Positions 35,228-47,448 of a stretch of 56,667 nt of DNA are shown here, piece after piece. A model generated the notes under the pieces. It was not told the DNA's origin. It saw nothing but the letters and a program-made list of their open reading frames with translations, and did not search any database. A program made the position numbers and the translations under genes. The stretch lies in contig NC_068982.1 of the NCBI RefSeq assembly GCF_001194135.2, forward strand, positions 12,755,396 to 12,812,062. The letters run 5' to 3'. The number at the start of each line of letters is the position of its first letter. Positions within the stretch are counted from its first letter, which is position 1. This DNA is from Octopus bimaculoides (taxonomy: Eukaryota).

Positions 35228-35898
35228 CCAATGAAAAGAAGAAGACAAAGAAAATTCTTTAATACATCTTTAATTACAAGTTACAAATGTTTCCGAACCA
35301 TCTCCATTTGCAATGGCAGTAAATGCAAAAATTATGTAAAAGAAAAATTATGCAATGTTTGCGGTTTTAGGCTTTGGGGAAGCACTTCTTCAGACTTGCG
35401 TGAAAGGCGTGCTATTACATTGTGTGTCTATCAGACCTTGTTAGGAAAATACCAGAAAGAAATAAGAAATAAAGAATAAAAAAAACGTGTATGCAGGATG
35501 AGTCTGTGGGGAAGATATTATGTGGTGGGGTGGAGGAATCAAGAAGGTAGGTGCGTATAATGATGAGAATGATACATATAATGATATGTATCCATCCTCT
35601 TGATTCCCACCCCCACATAATATCTCATCCCACATATACACTTTCATTTTTTTCTTTTTTTATTTCCTACCGGTATTTTCCTAACAACATGGTCTGCTAG
35701 ACACACAATGTAATAGCATGCCTTTGATGTAAGTCTCAGGAAGTGCCTCACCAATGCCTAAAACCACAAGAATTACGTAATTCCCTTTTAGAATTTTTGC
35801 ATAAGTTGATGTTGCAGAAGGAGATGGCATGGAGACATTTGTAACTTATAATCAAAGATGTGTTAAAGAATATTTCTTTGTCTTCTTCTTTTCATTGG
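35228..35898. repeat. Imperfect long inverted repeat, arms about 35228-35544 and 35598-35898
   Basis: CCAATGAAAAGAAGAAGACAAAGAA...GGAATCAAGA recurs as its reverse complement. Identity is roughly 75-80% by eye, and the right copy continues to about 36400. Confidence 0.85.
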
Positions 35899-36839
35899 AC
35901 TATTTATTATTCGCCAAACCATATATCATCGTGAAACTTGGATTTTCCACACCAGAAGTATTCTGGCCTTGGCTTGGATCACGACAGTATTTGGTTGAGT
36001 GCTTCTCTGGAAATACCCCAACTTCACACCCAACTGACCTTAGCCATTTGCTCTGTACCAAATAGTGCTCACATCGTCTTGGCTCAACAGCCCTCACCAT
36101 TTGTTTTTACTGTTTTGTTCTCACTGTCCTGTTTTTGTTACCACTTTCACCCTCCACAAAAAACCCCAAATTTTATTTATTTAAGTTGCTTTGTGGGAAT
36201 GATTGCTTTGATGAAGCCGCGTCTTGTCCCTATCTTCAAGATGCGGAGTAGATAAAACAGGCGACAACTGATGAAGGGAGAGTTCTTTATGTTGTTCGAA
36301 AAAAGTTCGTTTTCCATGCTTTTGTTTTTTACGTTCTCATTTCTCATTTTGTTCATGTTTTTTGATGTCCTGTACCCATATATGCATGTATATATACATA
36401 TGTGTAGGCATGTACATGTGTGTGTGTGTGTATATGCAAATATATATTATTTATATTATTATATATATACATATATATACACATATATACATACACACAC
36501 GCATATATATATAATTATTTTCACATTGGTGGCTGCCATGATTTTAGCATAAAATGAATGAGTTGCAGCACAGGCTTTGATACAATGGGTTGGGGCTCTC
36601 TGTCATGGTAACGCATGGTGAGGAAGGTGAGGCTATTATGCCAGTCCAGAGACTGGTCCACGTGAGTCCAAATACTTGAATGTATGCTGAGAAGTTGCCT
36701 TTGAACAGTTGATTTCTGTAGTTATTATCAGTGTATTTTGGCAATTTAAATAACAGTTTTGACTGTTATATCCAGCAGGTAGACATACTCAGTATGTCCT
36801 TTGATTAATTTTAATATATACAAATATATATAGGGATTG

Positions 36840-37317
36840 TCAGCAGATCATATATCCGAAAATGAAATGCCCTCTAAACGTTAGAATAGTAGTGTATAGG
36901 AAGTTAATTATCTGGCCAGTCATAGAGTGACTAATGGTTTTGCATTAATAAAGAGCTTAGCCTTATAGATGGATCGTTGGACTCTAATGGCCACTGAATA
37001 ACCAAAGTTGTATAGCTCTGTATTATCTGAGAGACACTGGCTTTCATGATTGTGTAGATGCATGCAGCCAGAGGTACAGTTATCAAATACAAACCACGTG
37101 GTAGTCTTTTGTAAAACACTCTGTGTCTAGGACTCATAATGGATAGTCAGTAGAACATATATCCGTAAAAGAAGCTCGCTCTAAATGTTAGAGCAGTAAT
37201 GCATTTAGAAGAAGTTAATTATATGGCTGGTCATAGGGTGACCAATGGTTTTGCATCTATAAAATGTTTAGCCTTATGGACGGCTCATTGGACTCTAATA
37301 GCTGTGGGTATATAACC
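36840..37317. repeat. Old tandem duplication, period 307 bp
   Basis: CATATATCCG at 36849 and 37156, with about 160 bp of downstream similarity (GAAGTTAATTAT, ATGGTTTTGCAT, TTGGACTCTAAT). Confidence 0.75.
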
Positions 37318-37402
37318 TCTTTTCCAATTTGGTCAACTACAACAAATTCAGCTAATTAAACAAATTAAATTACATATATATATAAAACATACACATACAC
37401 AT

Positions 37403-37509
<107 letters not shown>

Positions 37510-37802
37510 CACACATATACAAATGACTTTAGTATTTAACAAAGATTTTTCTTTCACCTGAGGATGTAGCTTAATTTCTGCATTGTTTTAAAAGATTATT
37601 TGTATTAATTCAGATATGGAAGTAATTTATTTATTATCAAATATGATAAAATAAATTATCTTTACATGCTTTAAGTTATGAAACCATTTGATGTAATATT
37701 TGAATTTTCCTATAGTTAAATGAATTTCATCATAATATTTCTCTTGTCGTTTATATCTTAATATATATATACATACATATATATGTGTGTGTGTGCGTAT
37801 AA

Positions 37803-38217
37803 TTAAGTTGGAAAATGGAGAGATCCAATGGATGCAAATTAATTTATTAATTGATCATCATCTTCACCTACAGTTGTTTCACTTCACATCCAATTTAAAC
37901 TATAAAGCATTTATAAAGATATGATTTTGCATTTCAAAATACCTTGTGTGGAAAATCATTAGGGCATGCAAAAGGACAATACAAGGATTACATTATAATT
38001 CTACTGGAGTATTTCAACCGATCTTAATGTAATTTTGTATTGTCCTTTTTCATGTCCTGATGATTTTTCCACCCAAAGTATTATGAAATGCAACATTATA
38101 TCTTTATATATGTTTTGTAGTCTAAACTGGATGTGAAATGAAACAATTGTAGGTGACGATGATAATTAGTTTATGAATTAATTTGTATCCATTGGATCTC
38201 TCTATTGTCAAACTTAA
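37803..38217. mobile_element. Fold-back (palindromic) element with ~190-bp arms
   Basis: 37803-37995 is the approximate reverse complement of 38024-38217. The ends read TTAAGTT...AACTTAA. Confidence 0.8.
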
Positions 38218-38641
38218 TAATAATATTTGATATTTAATATTTTATATAATATATTCATTGAAGAAATATCTCTTCAAAATACAATATATTAAACTAGTGT
38301 ATCTTGGATAAAAATACCTCTATAAGATACCCTATCTTGGATAAAAATACCCCAATATATGTATGTATGTATATATATGCTCACACACATATGCTCTGAC
38401 CTATGTTTGCATAAATCAGATAGAATTTGTTCAGGCAGATTTTCTATGACTGGATGTTCTTCCTGTCACCAACACTTTTGAAACACAATAACAGTTAAAT
38501 TGAACAATGAAATACAGCTTGTGTCAAATGTCCACCAACCTTCACCCCTTTGGTCAACTAGAGCAGATTCAACAAATTAAACAAATGAATCCCTGGGTGC
38601 TAATGATTCTGCCAGCTCACTGCCTTGAATATTATTCTTTT

Positions 38642-38788
38642 CTAAAATCTTCCACCAAACGTTAGTCACAATTTATGTTCCTAACACTAGCTTAATGATA
38701 ACTAAGTTATTTTGGTAAATTCTTTGTTATATCTAAAATATCTGAAAGAAAGACAGAGAGTCTGAACAGAAATATGGTAACAAAAGGG
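38642..38788 (-). mobile_element. Partial copy of the piggyBac-like MITE family
   Basis: Reverse complement of the left part of 4623-4843, ending GTAACAAAAGGG|TTAA. Confidence 0.7.
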
Positions 38789-39304
38789 TTAAAAATATAT
38801 GATATTTATAATTTACCTATTTATATTGAAGAGATATTTCTCAACAATATAAGATATTAAACCAATGTAACTTGGATGAAATCATCCCTTTAAGAGATTC
38901 ATGTATTCTTGCAGTGACTNNNNNNNNNNNNNNNNNNNNNNNNNNNNNNNNNNNNNNNNNNNNNNNNNNNNNNNNNNNNNNNNNNNNNNNNNNNNNNNNN
39001 NNNNNNNNNNNNNNNNNNNNNNNNNNNNNNNNNNNNNNNNNNNNNNNNNNNNNNNNNNNNNNNNNNNNNNNNNNNNNNNNNNNNNNNNNNNNNNNNNNNN
39101 NNNNNNNNNNNNNNNNNNNNNNNNNNNNNNNNNNNNNNNNNNNNNNNNNNNNNNNNNNNNNNNNNNNNNNNNNNNNNNNNNNNNNNNNNNNNNNNNNNNN
39201 NNNNNNNNNNNNNNNNNNNNNNNNNNNNNNNNNNNNNNNNNNNNNNNNNNNNNNNNNNNNNNNNNNNNNNNNNNNNNNNNNNNNNNNNNNNNNNNNNNNN
39301 NNNN

Positions 39305-39336
<32 letters not shown>

Positions 39337-39540
39337 GTATATACATATATATCTATATACATACATACATAAATACATATATATATATATATGTATGTAT
39401 GTATGTGTGAATATATATATATATATAATATATGTATTAATGCTAAACTCTGTAGAAATGGGTTTACATCCTTAAGAATCAGTGACATCATTCAGTGAGG
39501 AATGATACTCTGTTAGAAAATTATTTTCTTTCCATTTTAG

Positions 39541-39622
39541 ATATACTCCTGAATAACGACTGCCAATAAAAATGCTGCTGGCTGGAACTGAACCAGTGCT
39601 TTCAGCTGCAAATCATTTCATG
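39541..39622 (+). CDS. Candidate start-codon exon of an unidentified gene (MLLAGTEPVLSAANHFM, phase 0)
   Basis: Acceptor ttattttctttccattttag|, upstream in-frame TAA, AAAATG start context and donor ATG|gtaaag, in unique sequence. No homolog recognised. Confidence 0.3.
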
Positions 39623-39947
39623 GTAAAGTTATGAGATAAGGATATAGCCATATCAATAGAATGGCTTACAGGATTGGTTCACTAATCTCATGTTTTTTTA
39701 GGGTTTTCTTTGTTTTTTTTTGTTTTTATAGCTACAATGTGCAGTGCTTGAAGGAGTTCACATTTATAATGATATCAATTATGACAGTAACAATCATACC
39801 TGGGTGCATGTATTGCAGATGCACCTAGTTGCATGCCTACAGACCAAAATATTAACACATGCACACACCCTCATACATGTACACAAACTGTCATTTTATA
39901 TGAGTGTGTGTATCATATGTATATATTTATATATATGCTTGTATATG

Positions 39948-40044
<97 letters not shown>

Positions 40045-40051
40045 ATATATA

Positions 40052-40134
<83 letters not shown>

Positions 40135-41089
40135 TCATATATATGTGTATATGCCTATATATGTATGTATATATGTATATTTATATATGTATATGCTTAT
40201 ATATGTATATAAATATATATATATACGCATATATATATTACACACATGCACACACACATGCACATATGCACACACACACATCACATACATACACACATAC
40301 ATACACACATACGTACACACATACATACATGCTTACATATAGATGTGTATGTATGCATCACACGCATACACGCATGTACATGCACTCTCCTTCCTTTTTC
40401 ACTGATATCGTACAGAGTTCACCAACAGAATTCTTCCATAAATGGAAACTGCTATTTTTCCCTAGATTTATCTGTAATTATGTTAGGCTTAGGTCTCAAT
40501 TGAATTATTTGCTGTTCCATGAATAACAAAAACTGATACAAGTTGATATAGAAGTAGAATATGTCTGAGAAAATCTTCAGTTAAGAATCAAATATGTATC
40601 GCAAATTAGAAATATCATCTCATTTTTCATTACAGCAGAGCATTGAATTTCTCATATTTCTCAACTTGTTTTGAAATATGGGTATTTTTATTACTAAAAT
40701 GGTGCCACCAACTTACTGAACCAACTGAAAATTCCAGCAACCACTAAATAACTGCTAATATACTCATCTTCTCTTCCCTGTTTTATTATCGCCACCCACA
40801 TCAACAACAGTGCAATCACCACTATTATCGCTGCCACCACCACCACTGCCACCGCCGTCGCCCTACCCCCACTGCTGCCGCCATCAGTGAGATCTCATTC
40901 TCCTTCATCAATTCTTATTCCTGTTCTCTTTTGTTCTATCATGTCAATATGCTCTCTCTCTCTCTCTCTCCCCCTCTCTCTCTCTCTCTCTCTCTCGCTC
41001 TTTCTCGCTCTCTCTCTCTCTCAGTCACAATATGTAAATATACACATGTACGTGCAAGTATATAAACATACATGCATATATATATATCC

Positions 41090-41142
<53 letters not shown>

Positions 41143-41177
41143 GTATATATTTACATATAAATGTATATATATGTGCG

Positions 41178-41225
<48 letters not shown>

Positions 41226-41251
41226 AATCTATCTATGTATGTATGTATATA

Positions 41252-41286
<35 letters not shown>

Positions 41287-41754
41287 NNNNNNNNNNNNNN
41301 NNNNNNNNNNNNNNNNNNNNNNNNNNNNNNNNNNNNNNNNNNNNNNNNNNNNNNNNNNNNNNNNNNNNNNNNNNNNNNNNNNNNNNNNNNNNNNNNNNNN
41401 NNNNNNNNNNNNNNNNNNNNNNNNNNNNNNNNNNNNNNNNNNNNNNNNNNNNNNNNNNNNNNNNNNNNNNNNNNNNNNNNNNNNNNNNNNNNNNNNNNNN
41501 NNNNNNNNNNNNNNNNNNNNNNNNNNNNNNNNNNNNNNNNNNNNNNNNNNNNNNNNNNNNNNNNNNNNNNNNNNNNNNNNNNNNNNNNNNNNNNNNNNNN
41601 NNNNNNNNNNNNNNNNNNNNNNNNNNNNNNNNNNNNNNNNNNNNNNNNNNNNNNNNNNNNNNNNNNNNNNNNNNNNNNNNNNNNNNNNNNNNNNNNNNNN
41701 NNNNNNNNNNNNNNNNNNNNNNNNNNNNNNNNNNNNNNNNNNNTGTATATATTT

Positions 41755-42156
41755 AGGTACAGGAGTGGCTGAGTGGTCGGTAGCTTGCTTATCAACCACA
41801 TGGTTCCAGGTTCAGTCCCACTGTGAGGCACCTTTGGCAAGTGTCTTCTATTATAGCCTTGGGCCAACCAAAGCCTTGTGAGTAGATTTGATAGACGGAA
41901 ACTGAAAGAAGCTCGTCATATATACATACATATATGTATATGCGTGTGTGTGTGTATGTGTTTGTGTGTCTGTGTTTGTCCCTCCACCATCGCTTGACAA
42001 CCGACGTTGGTATGTTTACGTCCCCATAATTTAGCGGTTCGGCAAAAAAAATTGATAGAACAAGTACTAGACTTACTAAGAATAATTCCCGATCAATTCG
42101 TTTGACTAAAGGTGGTGCTCCAGCGTGACCGTAGTCAAATGACTGAAACAAATAAA
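41755..42156 (+). mobile_element. SINE family A
   Basis: Full length. Confidence 0.9.
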
Positions 42157-42262
42157 TTAGTATCTATATATGTGTGTGTGTGTGTGTATATATGTATATA
42201 CATACATATATATATANNNNNNNNNNNNNNNNNNNNNNNNNNNNNNNNNNNNNNNNNNNNNN

Positions 42263-42900
42263 CACTTCCTCTTTCCTTTTGGTCTCATTATTTTCACTCA
42301 TTCTTTCAGTTATTTTTGTACAGATTTTTTCCTCTTTCATTTATTTATCTTGCTTACTTTATAATTCCTTCACCCCCCCACCATGTCTTTCCTTAATTTT
42401 TTTCTTCTTCTTCTTCTTCTTCTTCTTCTTCACTCTTCTGTTGTGCATTTTATTTCCTTTTTTCTTTTTTTCTTTTTCTCTGTCTACACAATATCTTCCT
42501 GTCTCTAATTACTTCTATGTTTTCTCATTCCTTCTTCCTTGCACTCAAGTTTCTATTTTCTCTCTCTCTCTCTTTCTCTCCTCATTCCCCCTCTCTCCCT
42601 TTCCCTCTCTCTATCTATCTATTCTCCTTCTCTTTACTCTGACTTTTACACTTCCTTCCCCACCTTCCTGTTATCTCTGACAGTCATTTTATTTATCTAA
42701 CTCCCCCCCTCTCTCTGTCTCTCTCCCTTTGCCTCTGTCTTTTTCTATTCTCCTTACTTGCCTTTCTGTTACTCCACATAACGTTTTATATTCTCCCAAA
42801 TATATTTCCTTTCTCTTATCTTTTCCTTTCTAAATTTCTTTCACTCCTTCCTTGATCTCAAAATAATTTCTTTCATACATTACTAAACACACTGATGCCT
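42263..42900. repeat. ~640-bp pyrimidine-rich (CT/CTT) tract
   Basis: Strong C/T strand bias including (CTT)n and (CT)n runs. Confidence 0.85.
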
Positions 42901-42944
42901 ACAATTTCTTTATCTCAATGTCTCTTACCTACCTTCCTCTCCAA

Positions 42945-43165
42945 CAATTTTCTGGAGACAAGAAGCCTTTTACATGGTCTCCCTCTGACTGCTAGAAGCA
43001 GCAGCCAAATATCTCTCAATTCACACTAGACTCTCTTAGGAAAGAAAGGATACACTGGAAAATATAAACCTAGATACATACAAAAAACACAATCCCCCTT
43101 GGCTGGAATGCTTTTGATTATAGGTCTACTGGATCATTGCTGACCTGGGGTTAAACAGTAACAAC
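42945..43165 (+). mobile_element. Probable SINE/LINE 3' fragment ending GCTGACCTGGGGTTAAAC(AAC)n
   Basis: The tail resembles RTE-type 3' ends; only one copy is seen here. Confidence 0.45.
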
Positions 43166-43561
43166 TATCTTATCACAACATAATTATATTTATTTTCTTC
43201 TGCGTTATTTATCTTTCTTTTGTTTACTGTTTGCACTTTCCTGAAATTCTGTTCTATTCTCCTATCATATCTTTCTTAACTACTGGACTATCAGTTAAAT
43301 ATTACATGAAAACAAATGTTGTTATTAGATGCATATACACCTACTTTTTCTTTCTGTATTTGTTTTTTTGTTTTTTCTCTTTCTTTCATTCTTCTACTAT
43401 TTTCGTGTATTTTTACTTTTTTTTTTTCTCCAGTCTTTTCTTCTCACATACACAGAAACCACATTCACACACATTATTGTATAAGTGCACATAAACACAC
43501 ACATACACACACACATACCACTCCACACATTGAGAAATAGAAAGATATACAAGTAAAAGAA

Positions 43562-43628
<67 letters not shown>

Positions 43629-43692
43629 CATGCATACAGAGAGAGAGAGAGAAAAAAAAAGAGAAAACGAGAGAGACATGCTTACATACACA

Positions 43693-43731
<39 letters not shown>

Positions 43732-44385
43732 CATATACACACACACATGTATATATAAATATATATGTATATATATATACATATATATATGCATGTATGT
43801 GCATATATATTACATATATGGATGTATACACATGTGTACACACAGGCATGTATAAATGTGCACACACACACTTACAAGCACACACACACACACGTAGAAG
43901 CAGGCTCATTGCAGGCAAACAGTTTTTCTTCCTGGACCACATTGCATAAAACATTTGGTCTGCTTCTTTCTTATATAATTGGATATACAAAGAGTCTTGC
44001 TGTTTAGATCACTGTATGAAACAAATACATTTGTTTGAAAGGCTTTACTGAAATCCCAAGTCATAATCACATTTGTTTTAGCAACAAGACCAAACAAGCA
44101 TAAGTAGCATATTAGCTTAGAAATAGTTATTTGCGATTAGTCATACTGGACAGAAAAAATATTTCACTCTAAATGCGTCAGTTTGAAATATTAAGTTTTA
44201 TGAGGTGTCAATTTGTAAAACATGCAAAAAGAGGCAAAAACATGACTAAGAGAAAAAGTAAGCGATGAATCTGAAGTAAAATATAAATTACATTTTTCTT
44301 TTAAAATTCGCCAATTTTTGTCCCCTCCCCCAAAATTTAAGGTTTTGTGCCTATAGTAGAAAGGATTATTGTTATATTATAAAAT

Positions 44386-44880
44386 CGAAATTGTGATTGA
44401 ACCAAATTCGATGACTGGCACCTGTGCCAGTGGCGTGCTAAGAGCACCGTCTGAGCGTGATCATTGTCAGAGCAGCTGTCTGGCTTCCGTGCCAGTGGCA
44501 TGTAAATAGCACCATTTGAGCATGATCGTTACCAGCATCACCTTCCTGGCACTTGTGCTGGTGGCACATGAAAAAGCATTTGAATGAGGTCATTGCCAGT
44601 GCCGCTGGACTGACTCCTGAGCAGGTGGCACATAACAAACACCATTTTGAGCGTGGCCGTTGCCAGTACCACCTGACTGGCCCTCGTGCCGGTGGCATGT
44701 GAAAAGCACCCACTACACTCTTGGAGTGGTTGGCGTTAGGAAGGGCATCCAGCTGTAGAAACTCTGCCAGATCAGATTGGAGCCTGGTGCAGCCTTCTGG
44801 TTCACCAGTCCTCAGTCAAATCGTCCAACCCATGCTAGCATGGAAGGGGGACATTAAACAATGATGATGATGATGATGAT
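44386..44880 (+). mobile_element. RTE-related retroposon with ~65-bp stem-loop units
   Basis: Homolog of 9595-10133 with a (GAT)n tail, directly followed by a Nin-like SINE (about 44881-45100). Confidence 0.85.
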
Positions 44881-45416
44881 CTGTCAGAATTGTTAGCATG
44901 CTGGGCAAAACAGCATTTTGCCCAGCATGTTAACAGTTCTTTATGCTCTAAGTTTTATGCTCTAAATATTTTATGCTCTAAGTTCAAATTTTGCCTTTCA
45001 CTCTTCCAGGATCAATAAAATAAGTATCAGTTGAGCCCTAGAGTTGATCTGTCCTTTTTCAAAAATGACTAGCCATGTGTCAAAATTTGAAACCAATGTT
45101 ATTAAATATTTAAGGTCCTTATACTGACTTTAGTAATAATGGCTGTTTTCTCCTTACACTTAGGCTTGTGTTAGAATTCATTTTTATTATATTATGAATA
45201 TTGTTGTTGTTTGCTATGAACAGACAACTGTAAGCTGAGCTTCACACAAAAAATTTACATTTACTAAATAACAAAATGTTGAGTTTTTTAACAAGCAAAT
45301 GGCTTTGGAATTTCGAAGCATCTGTCTCATTGTTATTTGAAAATCTATTGTGTTACATATATTTTATTTTTGCAAATATCCATTTGATTTTTTTTTTTTT
45401 TTTTTTTTTTTTTCAG

Positions 45417-45520
45417 TGGTTCAGTATGGTCAACTTCGTGCTAGTGAGGAGGAGGTGCTAGCCACAATGGAGATTGCAGCAAATACGCCCCTAAAATTTT
45501 TGAGGTCAGATACAGATTAA
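45417..45520 (+). CDS. Candidate coding exon of an unidentified gene (VQYGQLRASEEEVLATMEIAANTPLKFL, then either donor at 45504/45505 or RSDTD*)
   Basis: Follows a long poly-T tract plus CAG. The frame is open and protein-like, locally more GC-rich, and has AATAAA about 25 bp after the stop. No homolog recognised. Confidence 0.45.
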
Positions 45521-46688
45521 AAGCCAAAAGACAAACAGGAAAAAAAATAAAATAACCAGTTAACAAACAGAAGCAGTTGTAAACACAAACAGTCATGGTT
45601 TGAGATTTACAAGAGGAATTAATGTAGTGTAAGTGCAAATTTAAATAATAACAACCATATCAATGCTAACAGTAATGATAGCAATTTATCTTTTGCTAGA
45701 GTTGTGAAACAAAGAAAGAAACTCTTAATGGGTCATCTCTAGGTAAGTGAAAATGCGTGGAAGAGGTATGTCACAAAAAAGAGTGCCCCTTTATCTGAAA
45801 AATTTAGCAAAGAAGGAGTAATGTATATCCCTCTGACTTTTGCAACCAGCCAGCCAGCCAGCTAAGAGGCTTTGCATGATATGAGTTCCACTGAAAGAGT
45901 AGGGAATATAAAAACATGAATTTAGTCTTTGTGACTGAAAACAAAACGAAGGGACAGACAGAGTTTGCTTGTGAAGATGGAATATAAGAAATTTAATAAA
46001 CAATAAAAGTAAGTGGCAGGACAGGTCATGAAAATGGGGTATCAATCAGTCTGTTCTTGTAGACCAAAGAAAACTGTTAAGGGTGGGGGTGGGGGCATTT
46101 GCTCCAAGATGTCATGGCATTCTTAGATCTTTGAGGATCCTTGATTGACCCTTGGTGGTTATCTTCCAATTAAAATACTTATTTTGTTTTATCTTTATCT
46201 TTTTATCTGTTGAGTTAGAATGGCTTAGTAAATTTTTACACTGAATGACAAATCTGGGCAATATGTCAGCATCAATTTTTACATGAAATTTTGGCAAATC
46301 TGCATCTTAGAGATTGAAATGCTTCAACAACACTCTAAGAGGCTTTTGATGAACATTCTTGAACGTGGGATTTTGAGTTGCATGCACATTTCAAGGTTGG
46401 CTGAATATCAAGCTAGCTCAGGCCAGCCCAATACAATGAATACAACCCGATCAAATTAGCCTAACCGAATTAGTCCAGTACAGACTAGCCAGCCTGTCTA
46501 TGTCTAACATAACCAAGTCATTCCAGTTCAACTATACCAATCTAGGCTAGTTTAACCAGCCTAGCCCAACCCAGCCAAGCCGGCCCAGCCCGGCCAGGCT
46601 AGGCCAGGCTAGCCCAGTCAAGTGAGGCCCACTCAGCCTTAATTTTTGGTTCATTTGTACAAACATCTTTTTTCTCTCTTATCATTAG

Positions 46689-47046
46689 CAAACTGCCAGA
46701 AAACAGAGGAAATTCCATGAACGCATCCATGTGGACAATCACAGATCAATCTATTTACTCTCTCGTGTTACTGGAAGCAATTAAGAAGTCTACCAGGAGA
46801 TTCTCAGTGAAAACTTGAACATTCAATGTATGGCATCAAATTTTGTCCTGCTGCTCTTAACATTCAATTAAAAGCAGTCAAATCTTAAAATGTGCATCAT
46901 TAGTCTTCTCACAGAGCTCAAGGCACATGCGAAGATGTTGCTTTTGACTGAGTGCCAGGAGCTGAGGACAAACTTTGCACGTATTTCCGTTGAACTGTTC
47001 AATATCACAGCATGTGAATTCATGAAACTTTCTGATAACACCTCAT
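46689..47046. mobile_element. Rearranged mariner transposase remnant with an inverted segment and one TIR
   Basis: The + strand reads YQEILSENLNIQCMASNFVLLLL. The - strand reads AKFV...SQKQHLRMCLELCEKTND after the TIR-like TA-TGAGGTGTTATCAGAAAGTTTC. Both are the mariner WVP-linker region. Confidence 0.65.
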
Positions 47047-47115
47047 ACATGTGCATGTGTGTATGTATGCTGTACATGTGTGTGGACTTGTGTGTACAAG
47101 TGTGTATATGCGTGT

Positions 47116-47152
<37 letters not shown>

Positions 47153-47448
47153 TTATGTGTGTACATATGATGTGTGTGTGTGTGCTCGCATATCTGTACA
47201 TGCATGTCTGTTTGCTATTATATGTCAATGTCATAGCCTCTGATTTCTTAATTTTTGTTTCATTTGTACAAATATCCTTTTTCTCTCTTGGCATATGTTA
47301 TGTTTTCCTGGCAAATATTGTTATCATTTCACTGAATAATATTGTTCATATATGCATACATACACATACATATACACCCACCACCATACACACACACACA
47401 TACATGTATGTTATACACATACATGTATGTTATACACATACACATATA

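Noticed and set aside
43906-44097. Minus-strand ORF containing DFSKAF, like the CR1 RT motif
   Set aside because: Only six residues match and the flanking RT motifs are not recognisable.
46689-46829. Exon candidate with a strong acceptor and a GTATGG donor
   Set aside because: The frame has a stop and translates as mariner transposase (YQEILSENLN...NFVL).
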